Of a stretch of DNA of 64,000 nt, positions 1 through 12,005 are shown piece after piece. The stretch's first letter is position 1, and the number at the start of each line of letters is the position of its first letter. The translations under genes and the position numbers were made by a program. This stretch comes from an uncultured Veillonella sp. (GTDB lineage Bacteria > Bacillota > Negativicutes > Veillonellales > Veillonellaceae). Location: positions 612 to 64,611 of the forward strand of contig UQVF01000002.1 of assembly GCA_900544365.1 (NCBI GenBank), given 5' to 3'. The notes under the pieces are model-generated. The model was not told where the DNA came from and searched no databases. It worked only from the letters and a program-made list of their open reading frames with translations.

Positions 1-205
1 ATTATCTCACTTCCACCATCATTTGATTTGCGTGAAATGCGGTTGTGTGAAAGAATTTGAAGATGACATGTTGGAAACATTGGAATCCATTATTGCAAAA
101 AAATTGAACTTTCATACAACAGACCATCAATTAAAAGTATACGGTTTCTGTGGCGATTGTCATGAAGCGGCAAAAGCTTTAGAAGCTGAAAAAGAAAATG
201 CATAA
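1..205 (+). CDS. fur: Fur-family transcriptional regulator, 5'-truncated by window edge
   Basis: Frame from nt 2 reads LSHFHHHLICVKCG...VYGFCGDC, the HHHLICxxC and CxxC motifs of Fur/Zur/PerR. Confidence 0.85.
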   Translation, partial: LSHFHHHLICVKCGCVKEFEDDMLETLESIIAKKLNFHTTDHQLKVYGFCGDCHEAAKALEAEKENA

Positions 206-1820
206 AACGTATTGGTATGACGGACCTAAAGAGTTAGGATCCGTCATAGCTCATCAGTGCGGAGCAGTAGGGTTATTTTCATCGAAAGAAAATCCGGATT
301 TTATCGTCCATGCATCCCATAGTGGAACAGAATCATCTTTAGTATATGAACAGAGGGCGCCTCATAGGGGATCTATGCAAAGTGGGAACTTTGTGAGTAA
401 CCTAGGATCTTCTGGAGCGATATCTACTGAAAATGTGCTGAACCATGCTGATATGTACATAGTAGTCAAATTGTTCTGTCATCGTACCATACAAAATGAA
501 TTGTTAGAGGTTACGACACAGATGTCATCAGAAATATATTCTGACTATATGCATATTTGCTCCTTTTCGGGGGAAGATAGTGTAGATGGACGAAAAGTAA
601 TTGGCCGAGAAGTATTATCAGAGCTTAGGCGTATACTGGGGGGTTCAACTAGTTTATGGGGCACCTTAGTAGGCGTACGTCCTACTAAGTTGACCCATAA
701 ATTATGGGATTCTCTAGGTGATTTAGAGCAAGTTCATCAAGAACTGGAAAGCACCCATAGTATTAGTCAGGTGAAGTGGAAACTATTAGAGCAAGTGGCA
801 GTGTTGGAGCGTCCTTATGTGGCACATGTGCAGCAATCTCCTAAAGAAATTAGCTTGTATAGTGGCATTCCTTTTTGTGAAACTCATTGTACCTATTGCT
901 CCTTTCCTTATGGACTGATTCAGAACTATGGAAAGGTGCCGGACTTTGTGGATGTCTATCATCGTGATATAGAGCACATGAAAAGACTTGTTAAAACACA
1001 TGGTTTAGAGGTACAATCGTTATACATGGGTGGAGGGACCCCTACGAGTTTAGGAGATGAAGACTTTCATCATATCGTGAAAGCTTTAGGAGAGTTAATT
1101 CCAAAAGATCGTGAGTTTACTGTAGAAGCAGGTCGTCCGGATTCGTTGAATGTTAATAAGGTTCAATCAATTGTAGATGCGGGAGTTACAAGGATTAGCT
1201 TGAACCCTCAAACGATGCAAGATGATTTATTGCGAATCATTGGTCGTGGCCATAGTGTAGCAGAGTTTTTGTCTATCTATGAGTATGTGGCAAGCCATAC
1301 AGATTGTACTATCAATATGGATTTTATCGCAGGGCTACCATGTCAGACCTTAGGGGATATGAATGAGAATGTGCAATACATAGAACAATTACGGCCTCAT
1401 AATGTGACGCTTCATACCTTGGCGTTGAAAAAGGGGAGTCCATTATACGGGAGTCGCTTTGCCAATGAGATTCCTTCTGAGGATGTGGTTCAAACCATGC
1501 TAGATGAAAACCATGAAGCGTTGCTACAGCTGGGCTATGTGCCGTATTATATGTATCGTCAACAATACATGGTGGGGCAAATGGAAAACATTGGCTACAC
1601 CTTGCCAAATTATGAAAGTATCTATAATATACAAATGATAGAAGAACGTCAGTCAATACTTTCCATAGGACCAGGTAGTGTGTCTAAATGGATTGGAGGC
1701 ACTGATTTTAGGCAACAAAAACAATACATGCCGAAAGATGTAGATACGTATATTCAAGATATAGAACGACTATTAGAGAAACGTACTTTACTAAGTAATG
1801 AACATTGGAGGGACAGCTAG
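198..1820 (+). CDS. hemZ: HemZ-like coproporphyrinogen III oxidase family radical SAM protein
   Basis: IPFCETHCTYCSF (CxxxCxxC), YMGGGTPT, WGTLVGVRPTK, PYYMYRQ; upstream of hisS. Confidence 0.85.
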   Translation: MHKTYWYDGPKELGSVIAHQCGAVGLFSSKENPDFIVHASHSGTESSLVYEQRAPHRGSMQSGNFVSNLGSSGAISTENVLNHADMYIVVKLFCHRTIQNELLEVTTQMSSEIYSDYMHICSFSGEDSVDGRKVIGREVLSELRRILGGSTSLWGTLVGVRPTKLTHKLWDSLGDLEQVHQELESTHSISQVKWKLLEQVAVLERPYVAHVQQSPKEISLYSGIPFCETHCTYCSFPYGLIQNYGKVPDFVDVYHRDIEHMKRLVKTHGLEVQSLYMGGGTPTSLGDEDFHHIVKALGELIPKDREFTVEAGRPDSLNVNKVQSIVDAGVTRISLNPQTMQDDLLRIIGRGHSVAEFLSIYEYVASHTDCTINMDFIAGLPCQTLGDMNENVQYIEQLRPHNVTLHTLALKKGSPLYGSRFANEIPSEDVVQTMLDENHEALLQLGYVPYYMYRQQYMVGQMENIGYTLPNYESIYNIQMIEERQSILSIGPGSVSKWIGGTDFRQQKQYMPKDVDTYIQDIERLLEKRTLLSNEHWRDS

Positions 1821-3094
1821 TGGCTATTCAAAAACCAAGAGGGACACAGGATTTATTACCAAGTGTTCTTGGAAATTGGTACTATATTGAAAATACCATT
1901 CGTCGATTATGTAAGACCTATGGATTTGAAGAAGTTCGTACGCCTATGTTTGAAGAAACGGGCTTATTTTTACGCGGTATTGGGGAAACCACAGATATCG
2001 TGCAAAAAGAAATGTATTCCTTTCCTACAGGAGATAAAAAAGATCAATCCTACACATTGCGTCCAGAAGGAACTGCGTCGGCGGTGCGTGCCTATTTAGA
2101 AAATAAAATTTATGGACAAGAATCGATTACAAAATGGTTCTATATTGGACCTATGTTCCGTCACGACAAGCCACAAGCCGGTCGTTATCGTCAATTCCAC
2201 CAATTTGGAGTAGAACTACTGGGGACACAGGCACCAAGTGCTGATGCAGAATGTATTTCTTTGGTATTGCAATTATTGCGTGATTTAGGGCTGAAAGATT
2301 TAAATGTGGAAGTGAACTCTGTAGGTTGCCCAACATGTCGACCTGCGTATAGAGAAAAATTGATTGCTTTCTTTGAGCCGAAAAAAGAAGAATTGTGTGA
2401 GCTTTGTCAAAGCCGTTTGTACAAAAATCCATTGCGTATTCTTGATTGTAAAGAAGAAAAATGCCAACAATTGGCAGTCGGTGTTCCAGAGTTAAGTGAA
2501 AATTTATGTGAAGAGTGTCAAGATCATTTCCATCATGTAAAAGAGTATTTAGCAGCAGCTGGGGAGAAATTCACCTTAAACCCACGCTTGGTTCGTGGCT
2601 TAGATTATTACACGAAAACTGCCTTTGAAGTACAGTACACTCCATTGGGATCTCAAAGTGCTGTAGCTGGTGGTGGTCGTTATGATGGTCTAGTAGAAGA
2701 ACTAGATGGACCACATACACCTGCTGTAGGCTTTGCGATGGGTATGGAACGTTTATTGTTAGCCTTGGAAAAACAAGGTTTATTGCCAGAACAACAACAA
2801 GAAGATTCTGTCTTTGTAGTAGCTTTAGGTGAAATGGCACAAAAAGAGGCTTTCAGAATTACGAATACCTTGCGTAATGCCTATGTGAAGGCAGAAATGG
2901 AAGGTTCTGGTAAATCTATGAAGAGTCAAATGAAGTATGCTAACAAAATTAATGCAAAATATGTTATTATAATTGGTGATAATGAATTAGCTGAAGGAAA
3001 GGTCATCTTAAAATATATGGATACATCTGAACAAGAAACTGTGTCCTTAGCTGAGATTACAAACCGTATAACTGAGTTAGTGAAAGGAAATTAG
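1820..3094 (+). CDS. hisS: Histidine--tRNA ligase
   Basis: [41 protein letters not shown] at 1820 after GGAGG. Confidence 0.97.
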   Translation: MAIQKPRGTQDLLPSVLGNWYYIENTIRRLCKTYGFEEVRTPMFEETGLFLRGIGETTDIVQKEMYSFPTGDKKDQSYTLRPEGTASAVRAYLENKIYGQESITKWFYIGPMFRHDKPQAGRYRQFHQFGVELLGTQAPSADAECISLVLQLLRDLGLKDLNVEVNSVGCPTCRPAYREKLIAFFEPKKEELCELCQSRLYKNPLRILDCKEEKCQQLAVGVPELSENLCEECQDHFHHVKEYLAAAGEKFTLNPRLVRGLDYYTKTAFEVQYTPLGSQSAVAGGGRYDGLVEELDGPHTPAVGFAMGMERLLLALEKQGLLPEQQQEDSVFVVALGEMAQKEAFRITNTLRNAYVKAEMEGSGKSMKSQMKYANKINAKYVIIIGDNELAEGKVILKYMDTSEQETVSLAEITNRITELVKGN

Positions 3095-3095
3095 A

Positions 3096-4892
3096 ATGGA
3101 AACTATGAAAGGTTTACACCGTACTCATCATTGTGGGACTATCGGTGCAGAACAAGTAGGAACAGAAGTGGTTCTTTGCGGTTGGGTAGAACGCCGTCGT
3201 GACCATGGTGGATTGATTTTTATAGATTTACGTGACCGCTCTGGGGTCGTGCAAATCGTGGCATCTCCTGATCACAATATGGAGTCCTTCCATAAAGCGG
3301 AAGATGTGCGTAATGAATATGTATTGTGTGTACGAGGCACGATTACAGAACGTGATGCAGCAGCTGTGAATCCTAACTTACCAACTGGTAAATATGAAAT
3401 GTACTGTGAAGAGTTGCGTGTATTGAATGCAGCGAAAACACCTCCATTCTATATTCAAGACAATATCGATGTAGATGAAAATATTCGTTTAAAATATCGA
3501 TATTTAGATCTTCGTCGTCCAGAAATGCAAGCCAATTTGATCTTGCGTCATAAGGTGACAAAAGCAATGCGCGATTTCTTTGACAACAATGGCTTCTTGG
3601 AAATTGAAACGCCGATGTTGACAAAAAGTACACCAGAAGGGGCTCGTGATTATTTAGTTCCATCTCGTGTAAACCCTGGTACATTCTATGCGTTGCCACA
3701 ATCTCCACAAATTTTTAAACAAATTTTGATGGTTGCTGGTTATGAAAGATATTTCCAAATTGCTCGTTGTTTCCGTGATGAAGATTTACGTGCAGACCGT
3801 CAACCTGAATTTACACAATTGGACATCGAAATGAGCTTCATGAACCAAGAACAAATCTTGAACATGCAAGAGCAAATGATCGCCCATGTGTTTAAAGTGG
3901 CACAAGATGTAGAAATTCCATTGCCAATGCCTCGTATGACTTGGGATGATGCAATGAACTTATACGGTTCTGACAAACCAGATATCCGTTTTGATATGAC
4001 TTTCACAGATGTTACTGATTGCGTGAAAGATACAGAATTTAAAGTATTCCGTTCCGTTATCGATAACGGTGGTCAAGTAAAAGGTATCGTTGTAAAAGGT
4101 TACGCAGGTATTCCTCGTCGTGAATTAGATGATTTGACAAACTTTGTAGGTATCTATGGTGCCAAAGGTTTGGCGTGGGCTTGCTTCAATGAAGATGGCA
4201 CAATCAAATCTCAAATCATGAAGTTTTTAGGAGAAGATACAGTTCGTAACATTGGTGCGACTATGAATGCAGAACCAGGTGACTTGGTGTTGATGATTGC
4301 GGACAAACCAGCTGTAGTTGCAAAAGCTCTTGGTGAATTACGTCTTGAAATGGGTAAACGCCGTGGCTTAATCGATGAAAACAAATTGGCATTCTTATGG
4401 GTAACTGATTTCCCTATGTTTGAATACGACGAAGAAGATAAACGTTTTGTGGCAATGCATCATCCATTCACATCTCCACGTGAAGAAGATATGAACTTGT
4501 TAGCTACTGATCCAGGCGCTGTAAAAGCCATCGCTTATGACATGGTATTGAATGGCGTGGAAATCGGTGGTGGTTCCATCCGTATTTACCAATCTGACGT
4601 ACAAGAAAAAGTATTCAATGCTATCGGCTTGAGCACAGAAGAAAGTCGTTCTAAATTCGGATTTATGTTAGATGCTTTCGAATACGGGGCCCCTCCACAT
4701 GGTGGATGTGCGTTTGGATTAGATCGACTTGTTATGTTGATGGCGAAACGTCAATCTATCCGTGATGTAATTGCATTCCCTAAAACACAAAGTGCGTCCG
4801 ACTTGATGAGCCAAGCTCCATCTGAAGTAGCGCCTAAACAATTGCGTGAATTACATATCAAAACAGATGTAACAAAAGAAAAATTAGTATAA
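3096..4892 (+). CDS. aspS: Aspartate--tRNA ligase
   Basis: [53 protein letters not shown]. Confidence 0.98.
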   Translation: METMKGLHRTHHCGTIGAEQVGTEVVLCGWVERRRDHGGLIFIDLRDRSGVVQIVASPDHNMESFHKAEDVRNEYVLCVRGTITERDAAAVNPNLPTGKYEMYCEELRVLNAAKTPPFYIQDNIDVDENIRLKYRYLDLRRPEMQANLILRHKVTKAMRDFFDNNGFLEIETPMLTKSTPEGARDYLVPSRVNPGTFYALPQSPQIFKQILMVAGYERYFQIARCFRDEDLRADRQPEFTQLDIEMSFMNQEQILNMQEQMIAHVFKVAQDVEIPLPMPRMTWDDAMNLYGSDKPDIRFDMTFTDVTDCVKDTEFKVFRSVIDNGGQVKGIVVKGYAGIPRRELDDLTNFVGIYGAKGLAWACFNEDGTIKSQIMKFLGEDTVRNIGATMNAEPGDLVLMIADKPAVVAKALGELRLEMGKRRGLIDENKLAFLWVTDFPMFEYDEEDKRFVAMHHPFTSPREEDMNLLATDPGAVKAIAYDMVLNGVEIGGGSIRIYQSDVQEKVFNAIGLSTEESRSKFGFMLDAFEYGAPPHGGCAFGLDRLVMLMAKRQSIRDVIAFPKTQSASDLMSQAPSEVAPKQLRELHIKTDVTKEKLV

Positions 4893-4951
4893 TCGAATTT
4901 GTCCAATAGAAAATTGATATACTTTTAAGGAAAGGAACGGTGTATTTCTTC

Positions 4952-4980
4952 TTGAAATGACCGTTCCTTTCTGCTATACT
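4952..4980 (+). promoter_or_regulatory. Sigma-A promoter of 6S RNA
   Basis: TTGAAA-17bp-TATACT with extended -10 TG; overlaps a GAAAGGAACGGT/ACCGTTCCTTTC inverted repeat. Confidence 0.7.
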
Positions 4981-4989
4981 ATGAGTAAA

Positions 4990-5162
4990 GAAATTCCTGC
5001 TATGTGCGTGTTATATCGCAGTTTTGAGCCAACATTTTAACTTAGGGATTCTCACTCTTGTAAGGGCGCTCTGCCTCTACGAGGACTGTAATCTTACAAG
5101 GAGGAAACCCACCTGCCTTTGCAGGATCAAAACACGGTATGGATACGGCATAGTGGGGCTTT
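4990..5162 (+). ncRNA. ssrS: 6S RNA (ends approximate)
   Basis: ~170-nt non-coding segment whose ends pair (CCTGCTATGTGCGT / ACGGCATAGTGGGG); position directly after aspS as in other Firmicutes; promoter before, terminator after. Confidence 0.8.
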
Positions 5163-5163
5163 T

Positions 5164-5195
5164 ATAAAACCGCCTTATGGTGGTTTATTTTTTTT
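5164..5195 (+). terminator. Intrinsic terminator after 6S RNA
   Basis: AAACCGCC/GGTGGTTT stem followed by T-run. Confidence 0.65.
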
Positions 5196-5335
5196 GCATT
5201 AATAAGAACATATAGACTATATAACTGGATGCATGTATAATGGAAATACAGATGACATAGAATAGGTAGACCTGTGGTTTGTAAAATGTTGAGAGGTTAC
5301 CTCATATATATAGTAAGTAGTCATAGGGAGGTGCT

Positions 5336-6637
5336 GTGATGAATTTGTTTGAGAATATGGAACCAGTGGATCCATTTGAACCCTTAGCAGTCCGTATGCG
5401 GCCACGTTCATTGGATCATTTCTTTGGGCAAGAACAAGTGGTGGGACCTGGTACATTTCTTCGATCCATGATTGAAGAAGATAAGGTTCCCTCTTTATTG
5501 TTATATGGACCATCGGGAACAGGGAAGACTACGTTAGCTAAAATTATTTCTGAATTAACTAGCTGCCGGTTTGTCATGCTCAATGCGACGAATGTAGGTA
5601 TTGGTGAACTTCGTAGTACTATTGAAGAAGCAATGCGCATTCGTGGTTCATTGCAACAACGAACAATTTTATTCTTAGATGAAATTCATCGTTTTAATAA
5701 AAGCCAACAAGATGTATTGTTACCTTCTGTGGAAAGTGGTCAAATTATTTTAATTGGTGCCACCACAGAGAATCCTTTCTTTGAAGTAAATCGCCCTCTT
5801 TTATCTAGATTGCGTTTGCTCACTCTAGAGCGATTAGATGCTACTGCGCTAGTAGCTATATTACGTCGTGCTTTAACGGACGAAGACTATGGTCTCGGTA
5901 AGAAATCATTGATTGTGACTGACGATCTGCTAGAGGACATTGGCCGCTTTGTAGACGGAGATGCTCGCATGGCTCTGAATATTTTGGAACAAGTAGGAGC
6001 CATGGTTCGGACCGGTGGAGAGATTACTATAGAAATTGTAGAAAAAGTATTGGGTCGACGAGTGTATCGGTACGATAAGAAGGGGAATAATCACTATGAT
6101 ATAATTTCTGCGTTTATTAAAAGCATGCGCGGCTCTGATCCAGATGCGGTGCTATATTATTTAGCTCGGATGATTGAGGCAGGAGAGGATCCTGTATTCA
6201 TTGCACGACGTATCGTCATTTGTGCGGCAGAAGATGTAGGACTGGCAGATCCACAAGCGTTGGTGGTAGCTAATGCAGCGGCGCAAGCGGCTCATATGGT
6301 AGGGCTACCAGAGGCACGCATTATATTATCTGAAGCGGCTTTATATGTAGCCTTGGCACCTAAGAGTAATAGTGCGTATGTAGGGATTGATGCAGCTATA
6401 CAGGCAGTGCGTCATAAAGAGCAAGGTGAGGTGCCGAAACATTTACGAGATGCGCATTATGGAGGGGCCAAACAGTTAGGTCATGGTGTTGGGTATCGTT
6501 ATGCACAAGACTATTCAAATGGCTATGTAGAGCAACAATATTTGCCGGATGCATTGGTGGATGAGAAATTTTATAATCCTTTAGAACGTGGACTAGAACG
6601 GGATCTAGTGAAAGACTGGGAAGACCGTAAACGATGA
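5336..6637 (+). CDS. rarA: Replication-associated recombination protein A (AAA+ ATPase)
   Basis: PLAVRMRP, GPSGTGKT, LDEIHRFNKSQQD, GATTENP, SAFIKSMRGSDPDA. Confidence 0.95.
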   Translation: MMNLFENMEPVDPFEPLAVRMRPRSLDHFFGQEQVVGPGTFLRSMIEEDKVPSLLLYGPSGTGKTTLAKIISELTSCRFVMLNATNVGIGELRSTIEEAMRIRGSLQQRTILFLDEIHRFNKSQQDVLLPSVESGQIILIGATTENPFFEVNRPLLSRLRLLTLERLDATALVAILRRALTDEDYGLGKKSLIVTDDLLEDIGRFVDGDARMALNILEQVGAMVRTGGEITIEIVEKVLGRRVYRYDKKGNNHYDIISAFIKSMRGSDPDAVLYYLARMIEAGEDPVFIARRIVICAAEDVGLADPQALVVANAAAQAAHMVGLPEARIILSEAALYVALAPKSNSAYVGIDAAIQAVRHKEQGEVPKHLRDAHYGGAKQLGHGVGYRYAQDYSNGYVEQQYLPDALVDEKFYNPLERGLERDLVKDWEDRKR

Positions 6638-6753
6638 GGATTACGATTGGGAGAACAGTATTGTTTTTGAGGAAATTCGATATACTTTCAAAAGTGGAAA
6701 TGGTATAATAAAGTGCTAAGGTATATGATAGAAACGGAATTTTGGAGTTGGAA

Positions 6754-9495
6754 ATGGCAGAGGAAAAGAAAGGTAAGTCCTCACGAGGAGGGCAAAAGGT
6801 ACAATCGAAACGAACTACTCCCCTAAAGGACAGTAAACCAAGTAGAACTAGACAGACCAAGTCACAGATAAAAGGCGTTCGAAGCGAGATTAAAGGGCTA
6901 GTTCTTATGGGCTTTGCCATACTGGCTCTTATAGGCATGGCTGGAGTGGACACTGGTATATGGGGTAGTATTATTAGTGGCATTTTTTCTTACGGTTTTG
7001 GCCTAGGCGGCTGGGTGGTTGCTATATGGGTTCTGTATAATGGTTGGTGTTGGCTATATAGAGGCTCTTTAGCAGCGATTACGAGAAAAGGGTTGCTATA
7101 TACAGGAGTATTATTTGTTGTATTAGTACAACTGGTACTGTGGAAAGTAAATAGTGGTGATGAACTAAGTACTACTACATTAACAGAGAATGGTGGTGTA
7201 GTTGGTGGGTTACTAGGATCTCTATTTAGAAGTTTAGTAGGAGATGCGGGCGGTATTTTATTATCCGCTATTATAGGCGTTGCCTGTGTACTAGGAATTA
7301 CTAAATTGTCACTACGTGAAGGATTGCATAAAGCAAAAGATAAGGCTAGTGTAGGACTTGAAATGGCACAAGAAAAAGCTACAGAAACAGCTAGTGCTAT
7401 TCGTGAGCAAGTACATGAATGGCAAGAGGAGTGGCGAGAAGAACGTCGTAAGGCCTATGATCGTGAAAAAGATACAAGGTATCCAAAACCAGAAAGCTCA
7501 TCTGATGAAATAGAAGTGGAAACTAATACGGTTGTAGAAGGTCAGGGTACAATGGACCATAAAACGAAGGTAGAAGTATCAGAACCTAGTGTAGTTGATG
7601 CAGAGTTTAAGGCAACATCAGAAACAATACTGGATGCAGTGAAACAAGAAGGAGTGGAGCCTAGTGGGGATGTAACAATAACACCACCGATTGTTGATAG
7701 CTGTGAGGATGAAGAGGACTATATTACAGAACCTCAACTTCGTGAAGATGAAGTCGTGACTAGTACTTCTGAAGTAGAATCAGTAGTGGCTTCTCCGATG
7801 GTAGATCGTGAAGAAGAACCTATAGAAGATACGTCATTGCAGGATGTATCAGGAGATATATATTCTACAGATGCAGATGAAGAGTTTTATGACAAAGAGG
7901 CATCTACTAAATTAGACCCTATAACGCCGCCATCATTTTTACAAACTACAAACTATGTAGAGCCTTTGGTAGAAGTGCCAACTATTGAAACAACGAAAGA
8001 AGATACAGCAGCAGTAGCTGTGAATACAGATGGCGTGGCTCGTCCAAGAACGAGAGAAAAACCTTACCAATATCCGCCGTTGACGATGCTTTCACAGGGA
8101 AAATCCAATCCGGTTACTAGTGAAGAAGTGGCGCATAATGCAGTCTTGTTAGAAGAAACATTAGATAATTTTGGTATTACAGCAAAAGTGGTGAATGCCA
8201 CACAAGGTCCAACGGTAACACGGTATGAATTAGAACCGGCAAAAGGTACAAAAGTAAGCCGAATTATGGGCTTACAAGATGATTTAAAGATGAGCTTGGC
8301 AGCCGTTGATATTCGTATGGAAGCACCTATTCCAGGGAAATCTGCTGTAGGTATTGAAATCCCTAATAAGAATGTATCCGCTGTTCATCTGCGAGATGTG
8401 TTAGATTGTGAAGAGTTCCAACAAGCTAGTGGCGGTATTCCGGTAGGTCTTGGTAAAGATATTGCGGACATGCCAGTCATAACGGATTTGGCCAAAATGC
8501 CTCATTTATTGGTGGCAGGTTCTACGGGCTCTGGTAAATCGGTTTGTGTCAATACATTGATTTCTAGCATTTTATTTAGTCGTAAGCCAGATGAAGTGAA
8601 ATTGATTTTAGTAGATCCAAAAATGGTAGAGTTATCCGTGTATAACGGCATTCCTCATTTGATGTTGCCAGTGGTAACGGATATGAATAAGGCTGCAGCT
8701 GTATTACGCTGGGCAGTTCGTGAAATGGATGCTCGCTATATGACATTGGCCACAGCGGGTGTGCGTAATGTGGCGAGCTATAATAAACAGAATCCGACTA
8801 AATCTATGCCTCTCATTTTGATTATTATCGATGAGTTAGCTGACTTAATGATGACTAATCCAGATGTGGAAGAATCTATAGACCGATTAGCTGCGAAAGC
8901 ACGTGCCGCAGGGATTCATATGGTATTGGCAACGCAACGTCCATCAGTGGATGTGATTACAGGCAAAATTAAAGCGAATGTGCCAAGTCGTATTGCTTTC
9001 ACAGTGGCTACCCAAATTGATTCTCGTACCATTTTGGACCAAGCAGGAGCAGAACGCCTCTTAGGTCGTGGTGATATGTTATTCAATCCAATTGGAGCGA
9101 ATAAACCAATTCGTATTCAAGGAGCCTTTATTTCTGATGAAGAAGTGGAAGAATTAATTGCTTTTGTAAAAGGACAAGGGCAGCCAGAATACGATGAAGT
9201 GATGATGGCAGAAACAGATAAAGGTGCGGAAAGTTCAGACACGATGAGTAGCGATGAAGAACAAGATGAGCTCTTGGAACGAGCTGTTCAAATTGTGCTA
9301 GAACAACGTAGTGCATCAGCCTCTATTTTGCAGCGTAGATTGCGAGTTGGTTTTTCCAGAGCTGGTCGTTTAATCGATACCATGCAAGATATGAAAATTA
9401 TTGGACCTCCTACAAATAGTAGTAAAGGTCGTGATATTTTAATGGGAGAAGATCAAATTCGAGAACTATATTTCCCAAATTTTACAGTAGATTAG
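6754..9495 (+). CDS. ftsK: DNA translocase FtsK/SpoIIIE
   Basis: N-terminal TM helices, acidic linker, PHLLVAGSTGSGKS, IDELADLM, ATQRPSVDVITG, gamma domain. Confidence 0.96.
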   Translation: MAEEKKGKSSRGGQKVQSKRTTPLKDSKPSRTRQTKSQIKGVRSEIKGLVLMGFAILALIGMAGVDTGIWGSIISGIFSYGFGLGGWVVAIWVLYNGWCWLYRGSLAAITRKGLLYTGVLFVVLVQLVLWKVNSGDELSTTTLTENGGVVGGLLGSLFRSLVGDAGGILLSAIIGVACVLGITKLSLREGLHKAKDKASVGLEMAQEKATETASAIREQVHEWQEEWREERRKAYDREKDTRYPKPESSSDEIEVETNTVVEGQGTMDHKTKVEVSEPSVVDAEFKATSETILDAVKQEGVEPSGDVTITPPIVDSCEDEEDYITEPQLREDEVVTSTSEVESVVASPMVDREEEPIEDTSLQDVSGDIYSTDADEEFYDKEASTKLDPITPPSFLQTTNYVEPLVEVPTIETTKEDTAAVAVNTDGVARPRTREKPYQYPPLTMLSQGKSNPVTSEEVAHNAVLLEETLDNFGITAKVVNATQGPTVTRYELEPAKGTKVSRIMGLQDDLKMSLAAVDIRMEAPIPGKSAVGIEIPNKNVSAVHLRDVLDCEEFQQASGGIPVGLGKDIADMPVITDLAKMPHLLVAGSTGSGKSVCVNTLISSILFSRKPDEVKLILVDPKMVELSVYNGIPHLMLPVVTDMNKAAAVLRWAVREMDARYMTLATAGVRNVASYNKQNPTKSMPLILIIIDELADLMMTNPDVEESIDRLAAKARAAGIHMVLATQRPSVDVITGKIKANVPSRIAFTVATQIDSRTILDQAGAERLLGRGDMLFNPIGANKPIRIQGAFISDEEVEELIAFVKGQGQPEYDEVMMAETDKGAESSDTMSSDEEQDELLERAVQIVLEQRSASASILQRRLRVGFSRAGRLIDTMQDMKIIGPPTNSSKGRDILMGEDQIRELYFPNFTVD

Positions 9496-9548
9496 AGTAG
9501 TGTGCCATTTGCGTTATGTAGATGGCACCTATATGTATAGGAGGTTCT

Positions 9549-9995
9549 ATGGCATCGATTGGCGAAGAACTTAGACGTGAGCGTCAACGACGCGGTTTAA
9601 CATTAGAACAAATTGAAGATGTATTACATATAAAAGTAGCTTACCTGCATGCTTTAGAGCATGATGAGTTTAATCGCATTCCAGGAAGTGTGTACACAAA
9701 AGGGTTCATAAAAAACTATAGTGAACTACTGGGCTTGGATAGCCGTCGTTTGGTGGATACTTTTAAAAATAGAATGGGTGAATCCTTAACGATTCCTAAA
9801 CGCAGAAGGGTGTCAAAAGAACAAGAGAAGACAGATGCCTTTCGAGAACAGGAATTGATTGAGGCGCCGAAACAACGATTAACTTATGAAAGTCGCAAGG
9901 CGAAACGACAAAAAACAATGATGATAGAACGATTTGTGGTAGGTGGTATTTTATTACTCATCATTCTGTTTTTGGGTTGGCTATTTTTCGTGTAA
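9549..9995 (+). CDS. RodZ-like HTH protein with C-terminal TM helix
   Basis: IGEELRRERQRRGLTL...YLHALE...YTKGFIKNYSELLGLD; hydrophobic C-terminus. Confidence 0.8.
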   Translation: MASIGEELRRERQRRGLTLEQIEDVLHIKVAYLHALEHDEFNRIPGSVYTKGFIKNYSELLGLDSRRLVDTFKNRMGESLTIPKRRRVSKEQEKTDAFREQELIEAPKQRLTYESRKAKRQKTMMIERFVVGGILLLIILFLGWLFFV

Positions 9996-10013
9996 TACAG
10001 CATAAGGAATACT

Positions 10014-11975
10014 ATGAAAGAACAATATTTAATTACTACAAAAGCAGAAATGGACGAACGAGGATGGGCTGAACTTGATTTTGTCATTATCAGCGGTGAT
10101 GCCTATGTGGATCATCCTTCCTTCGCGCCTACTGTGATTGGTAGATTATTAGAGTCCTATGGATATCGAGTAGGTATCATAGCTCAACCAGATTGGAATG
10201 ATGTAAACGCCTTTAAGGTACTAGGAAAACCTAGATTGGCGTCCTTGGTGACAGCAGGTAATTTAGATAGTATGCTCAATAAATTTACGGCTGCCAAGAA
10301 ACATCGTCGTGATGATGGGTATTCTCCAGGAGGCGAATCTGGACGCCGCCCAGACCGAGCTACGGTAGTGTATGCCAATCGTATGCGAGAGGCTTTTAAA
10401 GGGGTACCTGTTGTTATTGGGGGCATTGAAGCTAGTTTGCGGAGATTTGCCCATTATGACTATTGGTCGGATACGGTACGCCGTTCTATATTGATGGATA
10501 GTAAGGCAGATGTCCTCATCTACGGCATGGGAGAAAAACAAATTCGTGAAATTGCAGAAGCCTTGGATAAAGACCAATTAGAAAAACGATTGCCTATGAT
10601 CAAAGGGATTTGTTATGTTGCCAACATAGTGCCAGAGAATGCCATTGAATGCCCATCTTATGAAGCAATATCAGCAGATAAAGAAGTCTTTGCTAAAGCT
10701 TTTAAGATGCAATTTGATGAGCAGGATCCATACTATGGGAAAACAGTGGCGCAAGGACATGGCAATCGCTATATTGTGCAGAATAGTCCAGCCTTGCCAT
10801 TAACACAGGAAGAAATGGACCATGTCTATAGTTTACCTTATACGAGAAAATGGCATCCTATGTATGATGCGGCTGGCGGAGTGCCTGCCTTAGTAGAAGT
10901 GCAATTTAGTATTACTAGCCATCGAGGCTGTTTTGGGAGTTGTTCTTTCTGTGCTATTACAAGTCATCAAGGACGAATTATTCAAAATCGTAGTCATCAG
11001 TCCATCTTAGATGAGGCTCACCGTATGACTACTATGGATGGATTTAAAGGATACATTTACGATGTAGGGGGACCTACGGCAAACTTCCGTCATGTTGCTT
11101 GCGATAAACAGTTGAAAGCAGGTGCTTGTAAGGGGAAAACATGTGCTGCGCCCAAGGCATGTCCTCAGTTAAACACGAATCATGATGACTATGTGAGCAT
11201 TTTGCGGAAAGTACGCAATGTAAAAGGTGTAAAAAAAGTATTTGTTCGCTCTGGCTTACGGTATGACTATGTATTGGATGATAATAACAAAGAATTCGTT
11301 CGAGAACTGTGCGAACATCACGTGAGTGGTCAATTAAAAGTAGCTCCTGAACATGTGTCAGAACATGTAACGACCATTATGGGAAAAGCTAATAAAAGTT
11401 ACTTTTTAAAATTTAAATCTTGGTTTGATGAGGCGAACCGCAAATTAGGTAAACAACAATTTTTGGTGCCTTATTTTATGAGTTCTCATCCAGGCTGTAC
11501 CTTAGAAGATGCTATCGAATTGGCAGAGTTTTTGCGAGATCAAAATATGACGCCAGAGCAGGTACAAGATTTTATTCCTACCCCAGGTAGTTTATCGACA
11601 GCCATGTATTACACAGGAATTAATCCTCTTACAGGTGAATCTGTTTATGTGGCTAAAAAAGGCAGAGATAAAGCTATGCAACGGGCTTTGATGCAATATA
11701 AACGTGAAGAAAATTACGATTTAGTAAAAGAAGCTTTAATCAAAGCGAATCGCAGAGATTTAATCGGGTTTGGACCACTATGCTTGATTCCTCCGCGTAA
11801 TATAAGACGAAATACTCCAAAACCTAATGGCGGTAAATCTTCAGCTAAAGGTGGAGTAAAACCGGCAGCTAGGAGACAAGGACCTATACAAGGGGGACAA
11901 CGTGCAAATGGTGGTTCTAAAATTGGTATAGGGAATCGAAAAAATCAAGGAATGAAAAAAAGGAATTTTGACTAG
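10014..11975 (+). CDS. ygiQ: YgiQ-family radical SAM protein
   Basis: GDAYVDHPSF, GGIEASLRRFAHYDYW, RGCFGSCSFC. Confidence 0.9.
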   Translation: MKEQYLITTKAEMDERGWAELDFVIISGDAYVDHPSFAPTVIGRLLESYGYRVGIIAQPDWNDVNAFKVLGKPRLASLVTAGNLDSMLNKFTAAKKHRRDDGYSPGGESGRRPDRATVVYANRMREAFKGVPVVIGGIEASLRRFAHYDYWSDTVRRSILMDSKADVLIYGMGEKQIREIAEALDKDQLEKRLPMIKGICYVANIVPENAIECPSYEAISADKEVFAKAFKMQFDEQDPYYGKTVAQGHGNRYIVQNSPALPLTQEEMDHVYSLPYTRKWHPMYDAAGGVPALVEVQFSITSHRGCFGSCSFCAITSHQGRIIQNRSHQSILDEAHRMTTMDGFKGYIYDVGGPTANFRHVACDKQLKAGACKGKTCAAPKACPQLNTNHDDYVSILRKVRNVKGVKKVFVRSGLRYDYVLDDNNKEFVRELCEHHVSGQLKVAPEHVSEHVTTIMGKANKSYFLKFKSWFDEANRKLGKQQFLVPYFMSSHPGCTLEDAIELAEFLRDQNMTPEQVQDFIPTPGSLSTAMYYTGINPLTGESVYVAKKGRDKAMQRALMQYKREENYDLVKEALIKANRRDLIGFGPLCLIPPRNIRRNTPKPNGGKSSAKGGVKPAARRQGPIQGGQRANGGSKIGIGNRKNQGMKKRNFD

Positions 11976-12005
11976 GTATCTCTAATAGGTAAAGGAGGTG
12001 AATCT